Source: Eledone cirrhosa (taxonomy: Eukaryota). Taken from it: a DNA stretch of 64,000 nt. Location of the stretch: the NCBI GenBank assembly GCA_964016885.1, contig OZ024740.1, positions 379,998,001 to 380,062,000 of the forward strand. The letters run 5' to 3'. The first letter of the stretch is position 1; every line of letters starts with the position of its first letter. The notes beneath the pieces were generated by a model, which did no database searches, had not been told where the DNA came from, and saw nothing but the letters and a program-made list of their open reading frames with translations. The position numbers and the translations under genes were made by a program. Below, piece after piece: positions 25,607 to 39,862 of this stretch.

Positions 25607-28600
25607 ATATTTCTATTTATTTGCCACCAGGGCATTAAAGATTGGGACAAATACAAAGGGGGGAGTTTACATACATTTAAAAAGACGTGTAAAAAACATA
25701 TAACAAATTAAATTTAACAATCGATGTCCTCAATAGGGAGGGGCGTTGACATGGGTCGCACCCACCCCCGAAAAAATGTGCAACCCTCCTCTTCAGGAGC
25801 ACAAAGAGCGGGTGCTTCCTTCCTCTTCTCATTCTTCTCCTCTCTCACCTACAGGCTGATATAGAGAGAAGGCCGATTCACTCGGGCCATTCTCGCTACT
25901 TTCACCCATCTTTCATAAAACTTGCTGGGGTAGAGCACCTCTCTCTCCATTCTGATCCTTCTTCTAAAGTAGTACTTGAAAAAAAAGACCAGTTGTTGGC
26001 CGGAGAGAAAGGTGTCTGACCTCAGCCCTTTCAACCTTGTCCACCATACTTCTTTCGCCATGGCTATCACGCAGAGGAAAACTGCCTCTCCTTCGTTTTT
26101 GAAAGGGGGGGGGGGGGGGGTTGATCGTGACATTGTTTTCGGTGGTCAACCGGATTGGTCCCACCCGCGACAGTAGTCGTTCCACATAGCCCCACAGGTC
26201 AGCAACGCCCGGGCAGTGTACGAATGCGTGTGCGACGGTTTCCTCGTCACGCACGGATATCGGACAGATCTTCGAGGGGTCCCTACCCGGGCGCCCGTGT
26301 CTGTAGAGCTTGTCTCGAACGGGTAGAGCTCCTCGGTAACATTGCCAAGCCAGGGACTTTTGGAAATTGTCCATCGGTCCCGGGCCAAACGTCCTACCGA
26401 ACAGACTGGCCAGCTCGTCTTCCTCCATGCCCAGAGCCTCTCCGAGAGCGTCGTCGCACTTACTGCGCACCAACCCTCTATAGAATGTTGAGGTTGAGTC
26501 TCCACTGATTGCCGGATCCACTTGCCAGAGGGCTGTGATGCCTGGGCACATTCAATGTGCCAGTCACCCACTTTTCTCGGTCTTTGCTTGACCCAGGATT
26601 GCAGCTCGGTGAGTGAGACGAGTCTCGGAAAGGCTCGCCTCACAAACAGGGCCCACACCGGCTGACCGGTGAGGAATACCTGGAGGTGCCGTAGCCTTAA
26701 TGCGTGTCTACGCATCGTCAGCCACGGCATCCCCAGCCCTCCGTTCGAAGGGTGTTGACAGCAGATGGATCTTCTCAGCAAAGGAGCTCGCTTCTTCCAA
26801 AGAAATCTGAAGAGCGCCCGCTCCATTTTGGCGAGTGTTTTCTCTGGGCAAGGCACGACGGTCAAGCGGTAGTAGATGACGGACGCTATATAAGCGTTCG
26901 CCACCTCCGCTCGACCTTTCAGGGATAGTTTTCACTCGTCCCACTTCTTGTCGAGTGCAAACACCTTGCCCGTTACCTCGTCCCAGTTTTTCTCCACCTG
27001 ACAGTCCGGTCCGAACCAGACCCCGAGCAGCTTCACCGGTCCCTCCGTCCAGCGTCCGACGATGCCGTCGGAGGGCATCGTTTTGCCCCTCCACATCCCG
27101 AGTTGCAAACCGACGGACTTGTCCCGGTTCATCTTGGCTCCTGTGAACCTTTCATATTCCTCCAGTAAGGTGCCGATCTGCCCGATTTCCGAGGCGCACG
27201 ACACCATTACTGTCACGTCATCGGCGTAGGCCGACACCGCTTTCCGCATTCCCGGTTCCAAGGGGATGCTCTGCAACAGCTCCAGCTTCCGCAGTAGTGG
27301 CTCGAGAGCCAGCACATACGGGAGGAAGGAGAGAGGGCATCCCTGTCGAATGGGTCGCGTGATTTGGAACGGCTCCGAGAAGTAGCCGTTCACCTTGACC
27401 CTCGAGCAGGTGTTGCTGCTGTGCATTGCAGCAATCCAGCCCCTGAAAACGGGTCGGAAGCCTGCCGCCGCGAGCACCGCATCCAGGTACCGATGGTCAA
27501 CCCTATCGAACGCCTTTGATTGATCCAAGTTGATCAGGGCCCCACCAAAGCCGGGTTCGTTCCCTACCCTCTCTACGATGTATCGCATGAGGTGGAGGTT
27601 GTTGTGTATGGACCTGGACGGGATTGCGCATGTCTGCGCTTCTCCCACCAGGTTCCCGACGACAAGCGCCAACCTCTTCGCTAACACCTTGGCCAAAATC
27701 TTTAACTCTGTGTTTAGCATAGTTATGGGCCTGAAGTTATCTATGTCATCCCCCTTGTTCTCGTCCTTCCTCACCAGCGTGACTACGCCCTTGGTCACAG
27801 AACTGGGAATTCTCCCGTTCTATTGCCAGTTGCAGTAGACCGCCTCGAGGAGACCGGAGAACAAGCCCGGCATCGCTACATAAAGTTCGTATGGTAGACC
27901 ATCGAGACCCGGAGATTTGCGTTTGCCGCATTGGCTCAGCGCTTCCCCTATTTCAGCGGCTGAAATCGGCCTCTCGCAGGACTTCGCCTCCCCGTCCGAG
28001 AGCCGCACCAGACCGTCGAGGTATGGACCGAAATCCATGTCCCCACCCGGCCCGCCACCCCTCCCGAACAGTCGTGCAAACGCCGTTGAAAGGGCAAGCT
28101 TATCCGCTCAGGTTCAAGGATCACGCGTCCATCCTGGTCCTTCAAAGACCGAATTGTGGACTTGTTTCCACTTTTTGCCTCTGTCACTCGGGCCCAGCTA
28201 ACAGCTTTGGCTCCCTTGTTACCCAGAGCACGTATTTTACTCCTGACAACGCAGCCCTCGTGCTTTGCATCAAAGAACTGGTCTAGGGCCGTTCTTGACG
28301 CCAGCAGGCCGGCCACGTTGCCACTCCTAATCGCCTCTTCTACTCTATTTGTTAATTCCCTTTCAGTTCTATTCCTATCTGATGCTAATTCCCGACTAAA
28401 ACCTATCGATTCTATTCTAATTTCTCTCTTGAGAGAGCCCCACCACCTGCTGTTGACAATTGCCCCCTTCAAACGCTGCTTAACTAGTGTGCTAATCCGC
28501 TTACTGTAAGCTTTGTTTGTCGGTAAAGACAAGCTTAGCTTCCAGTAACCGGGTCCCTGTCTATGAGTTCTATGAAGGTTGACCACTCCGGTCACCAACT

Positions 28601-30182
28601 TGTGATCGGAATAGTCAACCATGAACATTCGTGGACAGCTTAATATGTCCCTATCCTTATTTCTAACTAGGAACCTATCTAGGTACGACCTAGATGTTCC
28701 GCTGCGATTACTCTACGTCCACCGTGGCACAGTCGGAAAATCTAGTCGATATCTATCGGCCAGATCAAATCGGCCGATTAATCGTTTGAGGCTGTTACAC
28801 CCCCCTATATCGGGACATGCCCCTATATAGTCCCAACGTGCATCCAGGATACCATTCCAGTCCCCCACTAAAAGCAAGGAGCATGACGTTCCCAGGAAAT
28901 TCTCCAGGCGTCGGAAGTAGTCCGGTCGCGGTGTCCCAGATGGGGCATACGCTGCCACCAGTCTGAAAGCTCCACCTTCACCACTGCCGACGTCTAAAAC
29001 CACCAGTCGACCCTCCGGGTCCAGGTGTACCTTCCGTGTGGCAAGACCCAGGTATTTTCGCAGCAGAACAACAACCACACCCCACCCCTCGGCTGACAGA
29101 GAGATGCGTAGATCTCAAAGTCGTCGAAGATGGGGGCCAGTTGGCGCTCGCTGCTGATCCTGGACTCGCAAATAACCATTACATCCACTCTGTGCGACCT
29201 GAGGTCATTTAAGAGTTTGCCCTGTTTCCAGGACATCCCCAAGCCACGTGCATTCACACACCCAACTCTTATATTGGCCATGTTGGTGCTGAAGAGTTAA
29301 AAAGGAAGAGGAAAGGAAATTACTTACCCCTTCGTCTCCTGGGGACCAGGCTGCACAATTTCCATGGGGGTGTTGGAAGGGTTGTTTGGTGGGGTGGTGG
29401 TTTGTGGTGGGGTGAGGACATCAGTGTGTGGTGGGATTAGGGTGTTTGGTGGGGTGTGGGGGTGGGGAAACATCTCAATAGGACGCTGTTATGTGGTTTG
29501 GTGCAGTTGGTCCCCACATGCATTGGATGGTTCTTTTTCAAAGTTACATAGGTTTCCGTTGGGACCCTAATCATCATTAGGTGCGGTTTGTTCGCTGCAT
29601 AGGCGAAAGTGATCCCTTCGGTTTCCACCGAAGGGTTATTTTCTATCACTTTCATCAACGTTTTATTGTTCTTGTTAATGTATGTATAGAGTTTTTGTTG
29701 TGTTGTGTTTGTTTTTGTTTGTTGTTCTTGTGCGTGTTTGCGTTTTGTAGTACGTGTTATGTTTTGGGGAGAGTGGGTTTTTTTTATTTGTGATGTTTGT
29801 TCTGTTTGTGCTGGTGGTTGTGTGTTTGTGGCATTTTTGTTAATGTGGTGCCTTTTTTTTCCTTTTCACCTGTTGAAAGGGTTCTCCCTCGTCCTCACTG
29901 GGTGACGTTGATACGGAGTTCTCTTCCGTGTTGTTGGGGAGGGTTATATTTTGGGGTTTTGTTGTGGTTGCTTTTGTATTTGTTTTAGGTAGGGAGGGGT
30001 TGGGTGGAACAGTGTTTTGTGTTGTTATTTTTCCGTGTTGTTGTGGTTGTTGTTGTTGTTGTTGTTGTTGTTGTGGTGGTGGTGGTGGTTGTGTTGTTGT
30101 GTTCGGGGTTGGCAGAAGAGCCTTTTTTTTTTTACTCGTTAATTGAGGACAGGCAGCCCTCAGGTGACCCCTGCTTAAGCAG
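25607..30182 (-). mobile_element. L1-clade (Tx1-like) non-LTR retrotransposon, 5'-truncated in ORF1
   Basis: ORF1 remnant with a knuckle (CLSRGHLRAACP) and a P/Q/T-rich region. ORF2 from ATG 29281 carries EN (NARGL, GDWN, SDH), RT (RPITMLN, DQSKAFDRV, RQGCPLS, AYADD) and a C-terminal CxxxxxxxETVAHAFVHC. aataaa lies at the 3' end. Confidence 0.95.
25849..29281 (-). pseudogene. Tx1/L1 ORF2 (APE-RT-Zn knuckle), frameshifted
   Basis: Colinear track ORFs 28994-29281, 28713-29078, 27948-28628, 27820-28038, 26932-27798, 26146-26904, 25964-26551 and 25849-26133. Confidence 0.92.
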
Positions 30183-30735
30183 TGGTAAGAGAGTGAGGTA
30201 TATAGAGAGCGGGAGAGAATTTGTTGGTTTAGAGAGAGGGGGAGAATTAAGTGCATGGAAAGAGTGAGTTATGAAGTGGAATATAGAGAGGAAGGGAGAA
30301 TTTGGTGTTCTACTGAGAGAGGGGGAATTGTGAGAGAGAGAGTGAGGCATGTAGTGGGATATAGAGAGGGGTAGAGAGTTTGATGGAATAGTGAAAGAGT
30401 CATAATTACGAGAGTGATAGAGAGTGAGGTATGTAGTGGGATATAGAGGGTGGCAGAGAGTTTGGTGGTTTAGTGAGAGAGGGGTAATTGTGAGCATGAT
30501 AGAGAGTGAGGTATGTAGTGGTATATAGAGAGGGGGAGAATTTTTGAGAGTTTAATGAGAGAGGGGTAATTGTGAGAGTGAGAGAGTGGGATATGTAGTG
30601 GGATATATACAGAAGGGAAGAGAATTTGGTTGTTTAGTGAGAGAGGGAGGATGCTGGTCTAGTGAGAGAGAGTGAGGCATGTAGCGGTATGTAGAGAGGG
30701 TGAGAAAGGGGTAGTGTTTTGAGAGAGAGAGAGTG
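30183..30735. repeat. Degenerate GA-rich minisatellite (right part)
   Basis: Same unit as 25385-25602. Confidence 0.85.
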
Positions 30736-30792
30736 ACAAATTAATTGTAGGAAGGAAGAAATACGTTTTAATATTGGGTTTCACAGTAAAGT

Positions 30793-31050
30793 TGCGGTGC
30801 GTTGTGTCCTTGAGCAAGACACTTTATTTCACGTTGCTCCAGTCCACTCAGCTGACAAAAATAAGTTGTACCTGTAATTCGAAGGACCAGCCTTGTCACA
30901 CACTATGTCACACTGCATCTCCTTGAAAAGTACGTAAAGGGTACGCGTATATGCGGAATGCTCAGCCACTTGCACGTTAATTTCACGTGTAGGCTGTTCC
31001 GTTGATAGTATCAACTGGAACACTTGTCGTCGTAACCGACGGAGTGACTC
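30793..31050 (+). mobile_element. SINE family A, 5'-truncated
   Basis: gcgttgtgtccttgagcaagacactttatttcacgttgctccagtccactcagctg core followed by a tail. Confidence 0.8.
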
Positions 31051-31067
31051 CATTTGTATGTGTGTGT

Positions 31068-31108
<41 letters not shown>

Positions 31109-31110
<2 letters not shown>

Positions 31111-31184
31111 GGGTGTCCCAAAGAAATGTCTACATACTGATTAGAATGGTGTTGAAGTGTGTATACACTTTTTGGGACACCCTA
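31109..31184. mobile_element. 76-bp Tc1/mariner-type MITE
   Basis: TIRs cagggtgtcccaaa / tttgggacaccct. Confidence 0.75.
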
Positions 31185-31256
31185 TGTACATATATGTGTG
31201 TATGTATATACTCTGGGGCGTTATGGTCCACCTGGTATCTTAACACACTTTCTTTG

Positions 31257-31379
<123 letters not shown>

Positions 31380-31719
31380 GGTCGTGATTAAAATGATTGG
31401 AAATTTATACCATGTCTTCGGATCTTTATTTTGATACAAATACTGTTTTACATCATCTAGCTGTTCCCATAAATGGAATTGGAGATATAAAAAAGCGTGG
31501 AGAACTTAATATTGCTAACAAAAGTTTATTGGACCGTATGACACAACCAATAATACACCTTACTATATAACAACTATATATATATATCCAGAGTCGGGCT
31601 AGATCGATACAGATCGAACCTTGAGCTGATGAATAGCTAACTCCAAGTCACTACGCAATAAACGTAATTATAAAAACAAATCGTCCTTTTTATTAATATA
31701 TTATCACTTTATATATATA

Positions 31720-31794
<75 letters not shown>

Positions 31795-31855
31795 ATGTGT
31801 GTGTATACATATGTGGTTGCTTGTGACCTATATACACTGGTCACCGACACAGATA

Positions 31856-32038
<183 letters not shown>

Positions 32039-32461
32039 TTACACTTAGAAACCCTTCCTATTTAGCAGGAAATATTCGCTACAAACATCCTTTCCTAACA
32101 CAAGTTATATTTAGTCACCAAATTGGAACTAGATACTGTAATGCTGCATTCGATTCTTTCACCTGTTATAATTTTACTCAATAACACCATCAGCTTTCTC
32201 CCACTCTCTCTCTCTTCCATTTTCCTTCTCTGTTTCTTCTCTCTCTTTCTATCTCTTTTTATCTACTCTCTCACAACACTATCTCTTCCTCTCTATCTTT
32301 CTCCCTCTCTATTTATGAAGATACCCAGAAAAACCCCGATTCCCTGGAACCCGTGCTCCGATTTACGCGATACTTATTTTATTCCATCTGTATTCCTTTC
32401 AAAGTATTTTCCCATTAGCTGTATTAAATTACAGACAAGCACACAATCATAGAGTTTTAGT

Positions 32462-32531
<70 letters not shown>

Positions 32532-32844
32532 CATTATATATACACACACACACGTACATATATGTATATATATATTCAGTAGTTAAGCAAATCAAGACCA
32601 CAAACTCACATAGAAGACATTAGTCAAAGAGTATCCATATTAAGCGCAGTTTAATATAAAAAAAGAGAGGATAAAAATGTCAGTTTACAATTGTTTCATT
32701 ACTCCATATAATATTTCTGGATCAATCGATGGTAAGATCGTTATTGATTTGGTGCAGAGAAAGATAAGTAACATAAAATAATATTATGGAGCAGATCCTC
32801 GGAACTTGAGATGTGATAATGAAATTATTAATATATATAAAGTA

Positions 32845-32907
<63 letters not shown>

Positions 32908-33769
32908 CAAATGCATACGCACAACTACACAAAAATATGTGTGTGTATGTAAATGTATATATATATACATATACATAAATGAGTGAAATGTAGCTTGTAG
33001 TTAGAAGTAAATTTACTAATGATCTCTGTCTGTCACCAATCCCTTTTATCGATAAAACTATGTCTATGTTAAATTAAATGTAAGAGAACTGACTTAAGTA
33101 GTTGATAAATATAGATTTGTAGATTAGTCGCAATTATTTATAACCTCCATACAGGACAATCCTAGAGAATAGAGTTACTTTGAAATGTCAGTGTTTTGTT
33201 GTTTAATAGCGAGTATTATTTCCTTTGACACTTTTAAACCCTCAGTAAAGTAGATGAAAAAAATTGCTAGGTAAGGACGAGGAAAAAAAAATCCAATCAT
33301 TTAAAAATTTCTGCTTAAAATATTTTAGTAATCTTTTTCGCTTTCTTTGTTTAAAAGAATATATTGTTGTATGGCATTATCACTACAGATTCTAAAACAC
33401 AAAACAAAGGTCAAGTTAGACAGTTATTATAGAGTTTACTGAGAAATTTGTAGACACGAACTGTTAACGGTAGTAATTGTTAGTAATGTTGATAGCTTTC
33501 ATTAACATGTTAGACTTAATTTGAAAATAGACAACATCTGCAAGATAATCGTAAACTGCGGTAGTTATAAGTTAAATATCTTCGCATTGAAATGTGAACA
33601 CATCGATGAGGTCATAACAAGGAGAATCGATATATATTTTTGTTCAGTTATTCTGCTTGCTTAATATATTTTTCTCCCTGTTTGTGCAGAAGACCTATAT
33701 TTCCTTTGTGCACGATTGTGAAATGTAATTGAAAGGATATTACAAACATTCAGCTAGCTAGTTAATAAA

Positions 33770-34060
33770 TAGTTTCTAAAATAGGCACGAGGCCAGATAT
33801 TTTGACAAGAGGCAATGTTGATTATATTGGGCCCAGTACTTTACTGGTACTTTATGTTACTGACCCCGGAAAGATGAAAGGTAAAGTTGACCTCGACAGG
33901 ATTTGAATTCAGAACATATGTCCGGTTTGTTAACGATTCTGCCAATCCACTACCCTCAGATGATTTTTAATTTTGGTACAATGTAAGCAGTTTTCGGGAG
34001 GGATAAATCGATTACTTCGACCCAGTGCTTCACCAGTACTATATTTTATCGACCTCACAG
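33770..34060 (-). mobile_element. SINE family B copies (one long, one partial in the opposite sense at its 3' part)
   Basis: ctggtactttatgttactgaccccggaaagatgaaaggtaaagttgacctcgacaggatttgaattcagaac, plus a second partial match at 34000-34060. Confidence 0.65.
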
Positions 34061-34739
34061 GACGTTTTGGCCAACGCTTTAACAATTCTTCCAATATTCC
34101 ACCCTTGCATGCGAATAAATGTAAACGATGGACACATTTTAGGTGTCTCGTTTTTTCGCGCCATATCAAGTATATAAAGTCTGTCTCAAGCTGAGAGGCT
34201 CATCAGATTATCCCAGTTCCTGTGGCGTGGACCGACTAAAAGTACAAGACATCACCTTGAACAGGACGCCAGTCCATCTCATGTGTTTTACTCGAGAACA
34301 AAACACAACCAATTCCAGGAATCGAACCTACGACATTATGATCACAAGTCTCACACCCTTATTACTAGGTCATGCGCCGTCAATACCAGGTAAGGTATAG
34401 TCGACTAGCACTATGATCAAAATCATTTTTACCATGACACTATTACGTTTATATGACGTTTAAATCTCCATTCTGACGTTTAAATCTTCTGAAGAAACAC
34501 GAATATATTTGTAATATTTCTTCTGCAAAACTTAAGGTGCGAATTGGCAGAGTCGTTAGGGCATCGGGTTAAATGCCTCAAATGCATCAGTTCTTTGCAA
34601 CAAGATAATTAGATATTATAAAACAATTTTACATTTAAGAAATATCAGAAGTATTTAAAAACATTGTTAGAATCACAAACAAAACAGGCAATAATTTTTA
34701 ACAGTATAAGTTTTTGAAAGTCTCAAATTGCTTCTAATG

Positions 34740-35560
34740 AAATATCTGAAATGGTAGCACAAAAAAAGGAAGTCGCATACTTTGACGGACTCAAGTATTT
34801 TGTCTGTCGGTGGAAAGATTAAGACAGTGCTAGTAGATGAAGAAGAACAAGAAGTAATTAAACTTCCTTTCAGATGATAACCCGTAGGCGTATTTTGCAA
34901 TTGTCTCTTGACATCAAGGAAATTGCGTGCCGCGATAAGCTTCAACGTTCAAATTTTGCCTTGCAATTTGATGAGTCAACAAACAATATCAACAAAGTTC
35001 AGCTATGAGCATTCATTCTTTCTATATTTGGTGAACAATTAGTAAACCAGTGGAACCAGCAAACGGCAAAGTCAATTTTCGCATTTTAAATAATTCCTTA
35101 TAAAAATAGGAATTATCATGGAAGTTATATGTTATTTGTAAAGATGGCGTACCAACAACATAGGGCTCAATGAAAAGGCGAACATATGTAAAAAAAAAAA
35201 AAAAAAAAAAATGTAATCTAATGATATTGTAACTCACATAAAGGGTTTGCAAACATATTGAGGGTTGAATTGGAACATATTTCAGGATACGTTGTTGAAA
35301 AACGTTGTTGAAAACCTTTATTGACATCTTTGTTTGGAAAAAAACAACAACATTGTATTGATGTAGTTTCACTGAACACCGAAGTGAGAATGTCACCAAG
35401 TCAGTAAAGAGGTTGTTGCTTTTTTGAATAGTTAAATTAAAAATACTTTTGTAAATGTCTTGAATGTGAGTGATGGTCTTTTAACCTGGAATACTTGATA
35501 AGCATAATTCAGTACGTTAATACCTTGAACAGAAATATGCAAAGGAAAACAATAATAATA
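34740..35560 (+). pseudogene. Highly degenerate hAT (Charlie/Buster-like) transposase
   Basis: FALQFDEST at 34955 and ICKDG at about 35134 match the FALQLDEST and ICTDGA motifs. Confidence 0.6.
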
Positions 35561-36094
35561 AAGACATAAATTACATTAAAATTAATAAAAATGTCATCAA
35601 ATCTACAAATAAACAAACATTTCAGAAAAATATAGTAATTTATAAAATACAATTTAAAGATCTATCACATTTGAGGATTTCGTAATTTTAAAGGGAAACT
35701 TGAGATTAGTTTCTATTATTAAACAAAGTACAATATAGGATTCAAAAGGCCTCCATAGAAATTCCAATTGTTGCCGGTTTGAAATTAGCTGGAATAGAAT
35801 TGAATTCTCTATTTAGTGACCGCGGACTAAAAATTCGACAAAACTTATCTCTTAAAAAGTCTTTGTATCTGCTAAGAAGATTTTGTATATTTTGATTTAA
35901 TTTCCAGCATTATATTTAATTGAATTAGGAGTTCTTTTCATCAACATTAAATGATAAATAAACAAATAGATAAATGAATTATAAAAAACAGTATTAACGA
36001 AGGGATGAGGATCCGTTTATCGTACATTTGACTCATCATCGAAAATATATTAGAACATAAAGCTCATGTTTACAACGTAAGCAAAAGATTATAT

Positions 36095-37915
36095 ATATAT
36101 ATATATATAATTTAATGTATAATAAACAATACAATATACTTACCTCATTACCAGAGGTTTCCCGAATAAGACGAATACGAAAAACGTCCTCATTCGTTCG
36201 TCGGACAAGGCAATTTAAAACATAGTGAAATATTTGGAAAGTCTCCTCAAGAAATGCAAAAAATATATAAATAAAAGTAATGAAAGAGATATATAAAAAA
36301 ATATAAGGAAATATAGTTAGGGTATGTGTATATGTATGTATATACACTCACAAATGTACATATGTGTGTATGTACAAATGCATGTGTATGGTGAAAATGT
36401 GTACGTAAGAACATATATGAGGACAAGTATATTTGTGTATATGTGACCACAAATCCGTATATAATATGAGTTGAAAAAGAAAATGTATGATAATATAGTT
36501 GACACACATCCACATACAGGTATTAAATACACATACGAGTATGAAAGCACGCGTATAAACACACATACACGCGCAGTCACTTATATGCGAAGATAAAGAG
36601 GGAAGGAAGTGTAATAGTAAAAAGAAGTGTCATTCTCAATATATGTATAAAAATGAAACAATATATGAGAATGAAACATTTTTAAATCAAAGAGAAAGTA
36701 ATCAATTAACACTAGAGAAAAGAAAACAAACATAGGTACGCACGTACATACACATATATTTATAAAAAAATATTTATACACACAAATACGTACAGACAAA
36801 AGCGCATGCATGCGTACATACATACACACGAGGCACGTATATATATATATATATATATATATATCGCCACATGTATATCTAATCACACGTACGTACGCGA
36901 CTATATATATATATATACATATACATACACGCCCATACATATACATATACACACATATACATACACATACATATACATTCACCCGCATACACACACACGT
37001 AAAAATAAGAATGTAAAAAACATAGATATAAAAACATAGATATAAAAACACACATACACACACATATATATACGTACGCACGCACACATACGGAGGCGTT
37101 CGTATACATATACAGAACGTATACACACATAAGCACACTCAGACACATAGATACAGATTATAAATCAGCCATATGAATAAATGAGTACAAATATAAAATC
37201 GGCTGCGAAACAACAGAATATATCTGGAGTGGAAAACGCAAGTGACATGTATTATCAGGTAGTGAAAGAAAATGGGGAAGTAAAATGTGGAATGTGAAGA
37301 TATTAGGTAAGTGAATCGAAAAGTAGGGGGGGGGGTTACTGGTGGATGTGAAGTAAAAATAAAAATAAAATAAAAAATAAAGTTAAAAATGAAAGTAAAT
37401 CAGAAAGAGAAATCTGTAAGGAGGATAATTTAAGGAAAGTGAAGAATAAGAGTTTATGGAGGATAAGTATCTGAAAGTGAGTTAAGTTTATATGAGCTGG
37501 AAAGCAAGTATGATTTCATGTGTGGGCAACTGGTGAAAATGTCTGTTTTTGTATTTAGGCAGGTTTTTGGTGATTTAAATTCTGTAAAATCCAATATTTT
37601 TCACTTATGCAGAGTGTGCATCTTCTTGTTCCTCTTGCATATTCTTTAGATTGGTTCAAAATTGACCAATCCAATTTATATTGGATACCTTGGTCTTTCA
37701 AATCCCATATTCTGCTAGCCAGAGCTGTTGTGAATCTTTTTTTCTGGATGTCGGAAAGATGCGACATGTGAGTAATAACGCGTTTTGAATTTGTCTTGTG
37801 TCATACCCACATATCGTTCGCTGGTGGCTGGTTGGTTGTTGCTGATGGTTGTCACTTTAGCCGCATATACAATGGCTTTGGTGTTGCATTTACCTTGTAA
37901 TGGGCATTCACACAC
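36095..37915 (-). mobile_element. 5'-truncated Penelope-like element (Neptune-type)
   Basis: CECPLQGKC, IVYAAKV...YVGMTQDKFKTRYYSH, TALASRIWDLK and CTLCISEK in ORFs 37715-37915 and 37555-37767. A hammerhead-like motif lies at 36140-36213 on the same strand. Confidence 0.85.
36140..36213 (-). ncRNA. Hammerhead variant with a CCGACGA core
   Basis: ttgccttgt CCGACGA [acgaatgaggacg...cgtcttattcg] g GAAA cc-tct-gg TA atgaggtaa. Stem I is 9 bp including G-U pairs. Confidence 0.7.
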
Positions 37916-38242
37916 ACACGCTTACACCTCCACTTATTCTCTCTCACACACACACATACACACACAAAGACCAGTTCTAACACGAGATAACATCTATCCC
38001 CCACATTTACGTATAGACATATCTTCTCACTCTCACACACACACACTCACATATTTACACCTTCATGCATTCTCCCACACACTTAAACAGGCATGTAAAA
38101 AAAAAAACATTTTAAAGGGAGACTACTTTTTATCCACCTAACCTTAACTCTTTGACATTAGAGATAGAACAGATACTCTATACCATTTCCTGTCAGCATG
38201 ACTTGGCAAGCTATTTAGAACACTGGTTTAACCGCTTTACTT

Positions 38243-38280
38243 CCCTCCGAAGAAGAGATATTATCTCGAAAATTAAGGAC
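38243..38280 (+). ncRNA. Possible degenerate minimal hammerhead (CCGAAGA core)
   Basis: cct CCGAAGA agagata-t-tatctc GAAA atta agg. Stem I is only about 3 bp. Confidence 0.4.
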
Positions 38281-38452
38281 ATTTAAATAAATCTAAGGTA
38301 AAAGACTAATTGTCAACAATATCTTTTGCATTTGCATTCTTTATTCTATGTCCATACATGCATTGTTTTGGCTTTATTATACATATACAAACGTTTATAT
38401 ATATATATTGTTATGCTTTAGGAGGGTCATGTTGCCAACAAATTCAGACACG

Positions 38453-38503
<51 letters not shown>

Positions 38504-38805
38504 GAAATATAAGAATCAAAGAACTGTTCAAAACATTATTGTGCTTACAGCTGTTTCCTCCAGACCGAGGTTTGGATTCTTCGGAGCAATTTATTAATGA
38601 ATGGACCTCCTTTATGACCTCCTTTTCAGCCAAGAGACATACCGATACATATGCAAATATTGTGGGTCAACATTCATTACAGAATTTAGAGTGGCAGTAC
38701 ACACTTCGAGATTACATTCATATTAAAAAATATATATATATATATATATGGTGGTGCTATTAAGTTAGACATAGCTTGGGTCTATACTGACCGAATCCTA
38801 TGTAA

Positions 38806-38898
<93 letters not shown>

Positions 38899-39304
38899 AG
38901 CGTTAACCTAATATATACCTTCCATATACTTTACCGATCGTGTTGTTATTTTTGTTTACCTTTTACATACATATATTTACACTATCGAATTCGTTTGAAA
39001 GGTGCCAGAAATTTTTTTTTTCTACTGATCTCACGTCTATCACGAAAACAATTCAAGGTCACTGAGGTAGTCTATTACTATTATGATTATAATTTTCCAG
39101 AATCAAGCCTGAAAACATAAATTCACTATTAGATGACTGTTTAGATTTTTTTACTCAGCCTGATTTATGTAATTTACGAAATACATGACAGCATTCCAAT
39201 AACACATTTCAGCAATAGTAGAAATAAAATGATGCAAATCTTTTATACATTGTTATACAAATCTTTTATACATCTGCAACAGCTAATAATAGTTTATTAA
39301 CTGT

Positions 39305-39535
39305 CGGGGAAGTCACTATGTAGTCACTCAGACTACTAAAAACAGTAGTAAAATCTCAAACCATACAGTAGTAAAATCTCAAACCATATCTTACAATCTT
39401 AAACCAGGAAAGGACACGTACGATAATAGATTCCTACGTATGCTTAAACTGAAAGGATAGTCATGGATTAAATGCATTTGATCATAGGTCTAGTCCAACA
39501 TGGCTAACATGAGAATAAATAACAACAAAAACAAC
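39305..39535 (+). mobile_element. Old dispersed repeat, family C
   Basis: Motif like gtcactcgacctgctagaaatagcagccaaatctc, also seen near 17765, 51935, 59070 and, reversed, 46700. Confidence 0.55.
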
Positions 39536-39808
39536 CGTAGCTCTTCAATAATAACCTTCACTCACATGTTGCAAATGAAATAAAATGGAATACTTGTCAA
39601 CAGAATGTCACACTTTGGTCAAGGGAAATTTATCTCTCTTTTACAAATCCATTTAAGTATATAAAAAACAAATAAACGTTTTCCACAGACACAATACTTA
39701 AAATTGTGAGGCCGGACGATTCATTAATTCTCTACGTCTTATGGTTTTCGATGGACTATATGTATGTGTGTATGTGTATTTATGTGTGTGTGCGTGTGTC
39801 TATGTGTG

Positions 39809-39862
<54 letters not shown>

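Noticed and set aside
31620-31660. ctgatga motif
   Set aside because: No downstream GAAA or cleavage triplet in a compatible fold.
37500-37915. Selenocysteine (in-frame UGA) recoding as in some PLE lineages
   Set aside because: No in-frame TGA at conserved Cys positions in the three GIY-YIG regions. The disruptions are ordinary frameshifts.
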